Assembly: GCA_034661055.1 (NCBI GenBank) | Contig: JAYEKO010000056.1 | Location: forward strand, 1-13,557 | DNA: 13,557 bases | Direction: 5' to 3' | From: Campylobacterota bacterium | Lineage (GTDB): Bacteria; Campylobacterota; Campylobacteria; Campylobacterales; Sulfurimonadaceae | Shown: in pieces, positions 7,127 through 13,557 of the stretch | How positions within the stretch are numbered: position 1 is the first letter of the stretch | Layout: each line of letters starts with the position of its first letter | Program-made: the position numbers and the translations under genes | The notes under the pieces: model-generated | What the model saw: only the letters and a program-made list of their open reading frames with translations | Database searches by the model: none | Told to the model about the DNA's origin: nothing

Positions 7127-7859
7127 CCTTTCTGGTGGTGCTGTCCGTGGTGCTTTTCATTTGGGAGTCTTGCAGGCTTTTGATGATTTACATGTAAATA
7201 TAAAAGCACTCTCTGGTTCGAGTATTGGCGCCTTGATTGCTGCAAGCTATGCTAGTGGTGTTAGTCCAAAAGAGCAGTTAGAACTTTTTAAATCTAAAGA
7301 TTTTATGGATAGTATTGAGTTTAACTATTTTAAAAATGGCATCTATAAAATCAATGAAAATCATAAAATTTATGATGCCCTTTTGCCTTGTGGTGCTTTT
7401 GAAGAACTTTGTATTCCTGTCCATATTAACTGTGTTGATCTCAATGAGGGTGTTTTACATGTATTTAACAGTGGCCCCCTAAAACCAGCCTGTTTAGGCT
7501 CTACCGCACTAACTCCACTGTTTCGACCTATTGAGCATGAAGAGATGCTTTTGGCTGATGGAGGTTTTGTAGATAATTTTCCTGTTAAACCTTTAAAGAG
7601 GTATAAGCTTCCTATTGTTGGAGTTAATGCTATGCCTGTTACGGTTAAAAAACCTAAGGGCATCTTTAAAATTACAAAACGTTCACTTTTCATGTTGACG
7701 CAATCTCATGTTATTAATCAGATTGATAACTGCGACCTCTATATCACTTCAGAACAACTGGCAGGCTATCCTCTTTTTAAGCGTGATAATATTGATGAAC
7801 TCTTTGCCTTAGGGTATGAGATTGGCATGAGAAAGGCTTCTGATTTTATCAGCCCTTAA
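7110..7859 (+). CDS. Patatin-like phospholipase
   Basis: LSGGAVRGAFHLG oxyanion loop, GSSIG nucleophile motif and DGG catalytic Asp motif. ATG 7110 overlaps the end of the upstream gene. Confidence 0.9.
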   Translation: MNIALSLSGGAVRGAFHLGVLQAFDDLHVNIKALSGSSIGALIAASYASGVSPKEQLELFKSKDFMDSIEFNYFKNGIYKINENHKIYDALLPCGAFEELCIPVHINCVDLNEGVLHVFNSGPLKPACLGSTALTPLFRPIEHEEMLLADGGFVDNFPVKPLKRYKLPIVGVNAMPVTVKKPKGIFKITKRSLFMLTQSHVINQIDNCDLYITSEQLAGYPLFKRDNIDELFALGYEIGMRKASDFISP

Positions 7860-9096
7860 TCCCATCGGCCCTAGGTGTGAGCAAAAATCCAAAAAATACT
7901 TTGATGTATAACATGAAAGGAATACTCCAGATAATAGCTGAGTATAAATATAGTTCATTTATATACTCTTCAAAAAATGGAATAAGCCCTCGCATCAGCG
8001 TTGCTACAATAATTAACGCTACCATAAGATGCGTATAGATATTTGAACTTAGATGCCGTCCAGTATGAATCCACCCAATAATTATCATAATCGTCATATA
8101 GGCAAGCCCTAAGCCTCCACTGGTTATGAAGTGTCTAAAGTGATTGATGCCGTAAATGTTATTGTTTAAAATATCCCAACCCATAAGGGCATACCCAGCA
8201 CTAAACATCATAAAAATAGGAGCTAAATACCAAACATAGGGCTGGTTTAAGATGTTTTTATCTTTTAAGATGTAATCACCAGTAATGGCTAAAATAGAAG
8301 CGCCAGAAGCAAGACCTATCCAGCCAAGAGCAGAATTATCAGGATATAAAAACTCCACAACAGTAAAAATAATAACGTTAAAAATAGCAAAGTTAGTTAG
8401 CGGTGGTCTTGCAACATAAATGTCGTCAATCTCTTTATCTTCCATTAATTCGTTAACGGCTTCCATGTTAACCCGTCGCAAAGCAAGTAAAATCAAAACT
8501 ACAATCGCCCCCAATGCTACTTTTAAAATAGCCATAGCGTCGGTAGCAGCAAATCCAAGCTTTGAGGCAAAAAACCAAGCTTCAATAGCAAAGATTGCCA
8601 CAAGAGTATAGCCTAAACTTGCGTGTCTTTGGAGTTTATCCAAAACAACATCTTTGGCAAACCAGATGAGCCAACCAAGCATTGCTAGATTTAATATTGC
8701 TGCAATATAGACACCTGTAATGTCAATGAGCCAGAAACTAAGACGTCCTGCTATCCATAAGAGCATAATAATCTTAAGTCTTCTACCAATAAAAGGAACC
8801 ATTCCAGGAAACAGTTCAGGAAGTCCAGTGGTTAGAAATGCCATGACACCTGCTGTGAGTATTCCAAATAGCATTTCATATACATGCCAAGTTAACGTAT
8901 CATTCATAAACGGTATGCTGATGGTTCCACTCCAAACCAACCCCCATAGTAGCATTGAAAGCATCATATAGGGAGCTAAAAGTAAAAATACAGGTCGAAA
9001 CCCATAGGCTAAATAGGGAGGTACATTTTTTTCATCAGGGTAGTAAAGGTAATGGTTTGTTGCATGCAGTGTCTGCTCTTTTTCTTGATTACTCAT
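7849..9096 (-). CDS. nnrS: NnrS-family membrane protein
   Basis: Polytopic hydrophobic 415-aa protein with YGFRPVFL, WHVYEMLFG, WIAGR, HFITSGG and HTGR motifs and a PRADG C-terminus, all typical of NnrS. Confidence 0.85.
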   Translation of the reverse strand: MSNQEKEQTLHATNHYLYYPDEKNVPPYLAYGFRPVFLLLAPYMMLSMLLWGLVWSGTISIPFMNDTLTWHVYEMLFGILTAGVMAFLTTGLPELFPGMVPFIGRRLKIIMLLWIAGRLSFWLIDITGVYIAAILNLAMLGWLIWFAKDVVLDKLQRHASLGYTLVAIFAIEAWFFASKLGFAATDAMAILKVALGAIVVLILLALRRVNMEAVNELMEDKEIDDIYVARPPLTNFAIFNVIIFTVVEFLYPDNSALGWIGLASGASILAITGDYILKDKNILNQPYVWYLAPIFMMFSAGYALMGWDILNNNIYGINHFRHFITSGGLGLAYMTIMIIIGWIHTGRHLSSNIYTHLMVALIIVATLMRGLIPFFEEYINELYLYSAIIWSIPFMLYIKVFFGFLLTPRADGIKG

Positions 9097-9833
9097 TATT
9101 TTAACTCCAACTCAAAGGTATCAATTATCTCGGTGTCTTGCAATATTTTTGCACTTTCACCATAGACAAATTTATCATCTCTCTCATTTTGAGGAAGATC
9201 GTAAGAGAATTTTTTAACAATATGGCCAGGGTCTGCTTTTAAGAGCAAAATCTCATCACTGAGTCGAATCGCTTCCATCAGATCATGAGTAATAAAAAGA
9301 ATACTAATCTCTTTATTGGCTATCATCTCTATAAGAACTGTTTGAAGCTCTTTTTTAAGACCAATATCAAGAGCTGAAAATGGCTCATCAAGAAAGAGCA
9401 GTGATGGCTCCACTACTAAAGCTCTAGCAAAACTTACTCTCTGCTTCATTCCTCCACTTAGATCTTTTGGAAATTTGTTAAAATCCTCCTCTTTAAGACC
9501 AAATCTCAGAGCTATTTTTTGTGATTTTTCAATTGCTATAGATTTTTTTTCACCTTTTGCTAAAAGTCCAAGGGCAATATTATCAATAACATTTTTCCAA
9601 GGCAGTAGCCGTCCCTCTTGAAAAGCGAACGAAGTGCTTTTAAATGTGTTAATAACACTTCCTTCTTCAACATCTAGTAGATTGGCACAGAGATGAAGAA
9701 GCGTTGTCTTGCCTCCACCGCTAGGACCAACTATAGATAGGATTTTGCCTCTGTTAAGGGTAAAATTAATGTCTCTTAAAATTTCTGTAAAGCCAAAATG
9801 ATGATTTAGTTTTTTTACCTCTAGCTTCTCCAC
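9096..9833 (-). CDS. ABC transporter ATP-binding protein (NrtD/SsuB/TauB type)
   Basis: Walker A GPSGGGKTT, Q-loop FQEGRLLPW, signature LSGGMKQR, Walker B LFLDEPFSALD, H-loop ITHD. GTG start. Confidence 0.93.
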   Translation of the reverse strand: MEKLEVKKLNHHFGFTEILRDINFTLNRGKILSIVGPSGGGKTTLLHLCANLLDVEEGSVINTFKSTSFAFQEGRLLPWKNVIDNIALGLLAKGEKKSIAIEKSQKIALRFGLKEEDFNKFPKDLSGGMKQRVSFARALVVEPSLLFLDEPFSALDIGLKKELQTVLIEMIANKEISILFITHDLMEAIRLSDEILLLKADPGHIVKKFSYDLPQNERDDKFVYGESAKILQDTEIIDTFELELK

Positions 9834-10603
9834 AGTTCAACCTCTCTCTTAATAGGCTCTAAAATAATGTATTCAATAAACATTAAAGATCCAATCATAA
9901 TTACAACTAAGGCTAATGCAGTTGGAGTATCTAATTGACTTCTTGCAATTGCTAAAGTTGCTCCCATTCCGTCACTTGTTGCGAGGAGTTCTGCCATGAT
10001 GACAATTTTCCAAGCCATCCCTAAACCACTCACCCATGCAGGAAAAATATAGGAAAAAATATGCGGAAAATAGATATCTGCAAACTTCATATGCCACGGA
10101 AGATTAAAACTCTCTGCCATCTCTTTTAAATCACCATCAAGGGTGCGAGTTCCTTGAAGTGCCCCAACAAATATGATTGGAAATGAGGCGACTATAACTG
10201 TAAAAATAACTGTCTCATCTCCCATTCCAAACCATATCATCGCTAAAACAATCCAAGCAATAGGGGGCATTCCAACTAAGATAGTGACAATAGGACGACT
10301 CATCATAGAAGTTGTAGCAAAAAAACCGGCAATTAGCCCTAAAATAGACCCAAAAAGTAAAGAGAGTCCAAAGCCAACTGAGGCACGATACAGAGTTACA
10401 TGTATTTCTACCCAAACACTATCATCTTGTAACATTAAACCAAGAGTTTTAAAAGTTTCTAATGGTGATGGCAGGACCAAATCACCATATATTTGATTTC
10501 CTGCATCCCAAAAAGCTATGAAGAGAAATATAGAGCCGACTGCACCCCAGCCACTCCAGAGGTAGGCTGGAAAATCTTTTAATAGTTTAAGTGTAAAGTT
10601 CAA
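9821..10603 (-). CDS. ABC transporter permease (SsuC/TauC type)
   Basis: Multiple TM segments, LPSP motif, EAA-like loop (LKEMAESFN) and AWKIVIMAELL. TTG start adjoins the upstream stop. Confidence 0.92.
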   Translation of the reverse strand: MNFTLKLLKDFPAYLWSGWGAVGSIFLFIAFWDAGNQIYGDLVLPSPLETFKTLGLMLQDDSVWVEIHVTLYRASVGFGLSLLFGSILGLIAGFFATTSMMSRPIVTILVGMPPIAWIVLAMIWFGMGDETVIFTVIVASFPIIFVGALQGTRTLDGDLKEMAESFNLPWHMKFADIYFPHIFSYIFPAWVSGLGMAWKIVIMAELLATSDGMGATLAIARSQLDTPTALALVVIMIGSLMFIEYIILEPIKREVELWRS

Positions 10604-11593
10604 TCAGTTGCCTTTGTAATAAAAAGAGTCTTGTGGTAGTTTTGAGCCAATACTTTTTGGATCTTCCTCTTTTAAGACATTAAAGAAAAATTCTAACTTC
10701 TCTTTTGCTTTAAAAGCTGTAACATTTTTTATATTTACGTGTGGAATTGAGTCAGCAACACCTTGTTCATCTAGCATAGGAAGTGTTTTTACAACGAGTT
10801 TACCAGCTTCTTTTGGATGTGTTTTGTACCAAGTAAGTGATCTGTCATACTCTTGTAAAAATCTATCAATTATATGTGAATCCTTCATGCGAGGAAGAGC
10901 TGCCATACCTGCTTGAGGAACATCTCCATCAGTGTTAAATACTGTAGCCCACTCTTTTTGAAGGTCTGTACTTCTAAATAGATCAGGTGCAATGATGCTA
11001 ATAGGAAATGATTTTGTTTTACGAAGTGCCATAGAGATAGCAGGTTCAGCTAAAAGTGCATGGTCAACTCTTCGCATAATAAGCATCTGCATTGCATCTA
11101 TTGGACTACTAACATAAACGAGTTCAAAATCTTTTTTAGGGTCTAGTCCCTGTTTTTTCATAAGTTGTGTTAAGACGATGTCTGGCATATCTGCCCGAAA
11201 TGGAACTACAATTTTTTTACCCTTATAATCTTTAAGTGTTTTTAAATTCTCATCTCTGCTTATCATTCCAAGTATTCCCCAAACAGAGACATTAAGAAGT
11301 TTAATATCAACACCTTTATTATTTAAAATTGCTGCTGTATTTGTTGGTATAGCAACAAAGTCAACATCTCCTTTAATGACAATAGCACGAAGTTCATCTG
11401 GATTTTTCCATAGTCTAAACTCCACTGTCTCTGCCACATCTTTTAAAGCTTCTGTCTCAATCATATGTAAAATCGGATGTGATACAGAGGCAAATGGACC
11501 TGCTATAACTATTTTGTCAACCTTAGTATTTGCTTGTAGTGCCCCCTGTTGTAATACTACAATCAGCAATAATGTATATATAAAGTGCTTCAT
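10604..11593 (-). CDS. ABC transporter substrate-binding protein (SsuA/TauA/NMT1-like fold), substrate unknown
   Basis: Sec signal peptide, LKDYKGKKIVVP and VDHALLAEP motifs of this family, first gene of the ABC operon, GAGGA RBS on the minus strand. Confidence 0.88.
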   Translation of the reverse strand: MKHFIYTLLLIVVLQQGALQANTKVDKIVIAGPFASVSHPILHMIETEALKDVAETVEFRLWKNPDELRAIVIKGDVDFVAIPTNTAAILNNKGVDIKLLNVSVWGILGMISRDENLKTLKDYKGKKIVVPFRADMPDIVLTQLMKKQGLDPKKDFELVYVSSPIDAMQMLIMRRVDHALLAEPAISMALRKTKSFPISIIAPDLFRSTDLQKEWATVFNTDGDVPQAGMAALPRMKDSHIIDRFLQEYDRSLTWYKTHPKEAGKLVVKTLPMLDEQGVADSIPHVNIKNVTAFKAKEKLEFFFNVLKEEDPKSIGSKLPQDSFYYKGN

Positions 11594-11635
11594 TTTAATT
11601 CCTCGTATAATTTAATTACCGAATACTATCAATAA

Positions 11636-11650
11636 CGATACTAATTATCA
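11636..11650. promoter_or_regulatory. Fur-box-like site
   Basis: CGATACT-A-ATTATCA matches 12 of 14 positions of the 7-1-7 consensus TGATAAT-N-ATTATCA. Confidence 0.55.
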
Positions 11651-11664
11651 TTGATTTTAATCAA
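11651..11664. promoter_or_regulatory. Crp/Fnr-family (FNR/DNR/NnrR/Nss-type) binding box
   Basis: Perfect TTGAT-TTTA-ATCAA (extends to ATTGAT..ATCAAT) upstream of the operon ending in nnrS. Confidence 0.7.
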
Positions 11665-11691
11665 TAGTGTATTGTATAATAAAAATGATTA

Positions 11692-11706
11692 TGATAGCAA
11701 CTATCA
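11692..11706. promoter_or_regulatory. Fur-box-like palindrome upstream of tonB
   Basis: TGATAG-CAA-CTATCA, a 15-bp inverted repeat of 7-1-7 geometry, preceded by AATGATTA. Confidence 0.55.
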
Positions 11707-11748
11707 ATATTAATAAAGAACTAAGCTTAGATAATTTATCATTCGGTT

Positions 11749-12450
11749 ATGTATTTGTTAACTAAAGATTATATTATGCACTCTAGGCACAACTCTTTAC
11801 TACTGTTAAGTTCACTGCTAACTGCTTTTATGCTCTATGCAGTTGTGAAAAATTCAAAATATATAACAATCTCATCAGAGCCATATATGCCTTTAAAAAC
11901 TCAGGAGAAGATAGTCTCTATTGTTATTACACCAACTCCTGTGGCTAAGAGACAAGAGGTGAAAATTGTAAAACCTAAGGTTATAAAAAAAATTATTAAG
12001 AAAAAAGTGATTAAAAAAGTTATACCTATTAAAACAGAACCCGTAGTAGAGAAGTTAGTACAAAAAAGTCAAGTTATTCAAGCAACACCAAAACCAGCAG
12101 TTGTTAAAAAAGAGGTAAAAAGAGAACCAAGACCTGTTGTTCCTGTTTTTGATGCGCAGATGAAAGCATCTTTTATTGCAGGTCTTTATGAGATATTAAA
12201 TGAGAAAAAATATTACCCAAAAATGGCAAAAAGACGGAAGTTGGAGGGTACTGTACAGGTTCGTTTTACTTTATGCAAGGATGGAACAATGAAAAATGTC
12301 TTTTTACATAAAAGCTGTGGACATAAAATACTAGATAAGGCGGCTCTAAAAGTACTTAAGTCTATAAATACTTACAGAGCCATTCCTGACGCTGTAAGTA
12401 TGACATCTTTGGATTTAAATATACCAATTAAATATACGAGGCACCAATAA
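11749..12450 (+). CDS. tonB: Energy transducer TonB
   Basis: Single N-terminal TM helix, Lys/Pro/Val-rich linker and C-terminal domain YPKMAKRRKLEGTVQVRF...SCGHKILDKAAL. The start could instead be ATG 11776. Confidence 0.9.
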   Translation: MYLLTKDYIMHSRHNSLLLLSSLLTAFMLYAVVKNSKYITISSEPYMPLKTQEKIVSIVITPTPVAKRQEVKIVKPKVIKKIIKKKVIKKVIPIKTEPVVEKLVQKSQVIQATPKPAVVKKEVKREPRPVVPVFDAQMKASFIAGLYEILNEKKYYPKMAKRRKLEGTVQVRFTLCKDGTMKNVFLHKSCGHKILDKAALKVLKSINTYRAIPDAVSMTSLDLNIPIKYTRHQ

Positions 12451-12960
12451 ATGAATATGCAACACTACATTGACCAAGGTGGTCCCATTGTGCTTATTCT
12501 TATAGCAATGTTTGCATTAGGACTAACACTTATGTTATGGAAATTTTTTGTTATTTTATATGTAAACATTAAAAAAAAAGAGAGCTGTAAAAAATATATA
12601 GAAGAGCTCCCATTAAATAGTGATATTGCAATGGTTGAACTTATGGTTCATGACATAATACACTCTTTAGAGAGGGGTTTAGATACTGTTAAAATCATAG
12701 CAACGATATCACCACTTTTAGGACTCTTAGGTACTGTTATAGGAATCTATGCTGCATTTCAGGGTATATCTCAAAATGGTTTAGGTGATCCTAGCTACTT
12801 TGCTGATGGTATCTCTATGGCAATGATTACTACTATTGCTGGACTTATAGTTGCCATCCCCCATTATGTTGGTTATAACTATTTAATCTCTATGATGGAT
12901 AAACTTGAATTAGCCTATACTCAAGAATTATATACTCATGTAAAGAGTAGAGATGCGTAA
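12451..12960 (+). CDS. exbB: ExbB (MotA/TolQ/ExbB proton channel)
   Basis: IATISPLLGLLGTVIGI and GISMAMITTIAGLIVAIP motifs; lies between tonB and exbD. Confidence 0.92.
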   Translation: MNMQHYIDQGGPIVLILIAMFALGLTLMLWKFFVILYVNIKKKESCKKYIEELPLNSDIAMVELMVHDIIHSLERGLDTVKIIATISPLLGLLGTVIGIYAAFQGISQNGLGDPSYFADGISMAMITTIAGLIVAIPHYVGYNYLISMMDKLELAYTQELYTHVKSRDA

Positions 12961-13354
12961 AAAAAGAGAGATAATTTCTCCAGATTTAACACCTGTTATA
13001 GATATAGTATTTATCTTGCTAATATTTTTCATGGTTACCTCTGTCTTTAAAAAAGATGATGTTATTTTAGCTCTAAACCTTCCTGATTTACACGCTACAT
13101 CTCAAGTTAGCAATGACAAGAGCATTACTATAGAACTTTCTAAAAAAGATCTTGCAATAGATGGAAAAAAATATAGTTTTGAGGGTTCTAAAGAGTTATT
13201 TGCTCACTATAAAAAAGATGTGAAAATTTTAATTCGTATTGATAAGAAGGTAGAGTATGAGAGAGTGATGAAACTCTTTGATAGATTGCAACAAAACCAG
13301 TTGACATCCTTCTCCCTGGTGGCGCAAGAGGGTGAGCTACTCACATCTAACTAA
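12953..13354 (+). CDS. exbD: ExbD biopolymer transport protein
   Basis: DLTPVIDIVFILLIFFMVTS TM motif with conserved Asp, and IRIDKKVEYERVM periplasmic motif. Confidence 0.93.
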   Translation: MRKKREIISPDLTPVIDIVFILLIFFMVTSVFKKDDVILALNLPDLHATSQVSNDKSITIELSKKDLAIDGKKYSFEGSKELFAHYKKDVKILIRIDKKVEYERVMKLFDRLQQNQLTSFSLVAQEGELLTSN

Positions 13355-13369
13355 TGATATTGATTATTG
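13355..13369 (+). promoter_or_regulatory. Fur-box-like site before the next gene
   Basis: TGATATT-G-ATTATTG within AATGATATTGATTATTGTAATTATT, just upstream of RBS AAGGA (13381-13385) and ATG 13392. Confidence 0.55.
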
Positions 13370-13395
13370 TAATTATTAAAAAGGAATAAAAATGA

Positions 13396-13557
13396 GTGCG
13401 CCAAGCAAAGCTAAGGCAATCAAGCTGGAAAATCCAGCACAGATAAAGATTAACCATCAGTCTGGAACTAAACTACACATATTAGGCGGTAACAAATAAT
13501 ATGAAGCTGTAGCAAGGGCAGTCTATCAGCCACAATGCGTAAGCGTGAAGGTGTTGA
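13396..13557 (+). mobile_element. 5' end (domain I, partial) of a group IIB intron
   Basis: Begins GTGCG (GUGYG consensus). Hairpin GCTGG-AAAAT-CCAGC (13424-13438). Ic1-like stem CTACA/TGTAG (13473-77/13508-12) stacked on CATATTA/TAATATG (13478-84/13497-503), with an AAGC bulge (13504-07; IIB epsilon' AARC motif) and a G-GTAA-C GNRA loop (13488-93). Continues past the window edge. Confidence 0.8.

Noticed and set aside
9096..11593. Naming the ABC genes ssuABC, tauABC or nrtABCD
   Set aside because: The family is clear but the substrate is not; no sulfur-starvation or nitrate-assimilation genes are adjacent.
7370..11615. Antisense or alternative-frame ORFs (7370-7693, 8420-8611, 8720-8971, 10173-10496, 10215-10415, 11376-11615)
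   Set aside because: They lie within well-supported genes and have the composition expected of reverse-frame reads of membrane-protein genes.
11950..12150. Lys/Val/Pro-rich repeats (KVIKKIIKKKVIKKVI) as a separate repeat element
   Set aside because: Ordinary low-complexity periplasm-spanning linker of TonB.
13392..13499. 35-aa ORF MSAPSKAKAIKLENPAQIKINHQSGTKLHILGGNK as a real small protein
   Set aside because: All but the first four bases fall in sequence that folds as group II intron domain I; it is best read as the interrupted start of a longer gene.

Overview
AT-rich bacterial DNA whose gene set and style suggest Campylobacterota (Sulfurimonas/Sulfurovum-like; inference). From left to right: (1) the right end of an IS21-family (IS1326-like) element, followed by the 3' remnant of a RelE-like toxin gene and an attC-like site, i.e. 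probably the interrupted last cassette of an integron array; (2) a plus-strand phosphate-starvation cluster: lipoprotein PhoX, an uncharacterised 662-aa lipoprotein with two CXXCH heme-c motifs, a 58-aa acidic ORF missing from the ORF track, an OlsF-like ornithine-lipid synthase, a PlcP-like phospholipase C and a patatin, with 11-bp-periodic Pho-box-like repeats before two of the units; (3) a minus-strand SsuA/TauA-type ABC transporter plus a variant NnrS, divergent from tonB-exbB-exbD across a spacer holding Fur-like boxes and a perfect TTGAT-N4-ATCAA Crp/Fnr box; (4) the 5' end of a group IIB intron inserted one base after the ATG of the next gene, which is preceded by a Fur-like box. All calls come from reading motifs by eye; no database searches were run.
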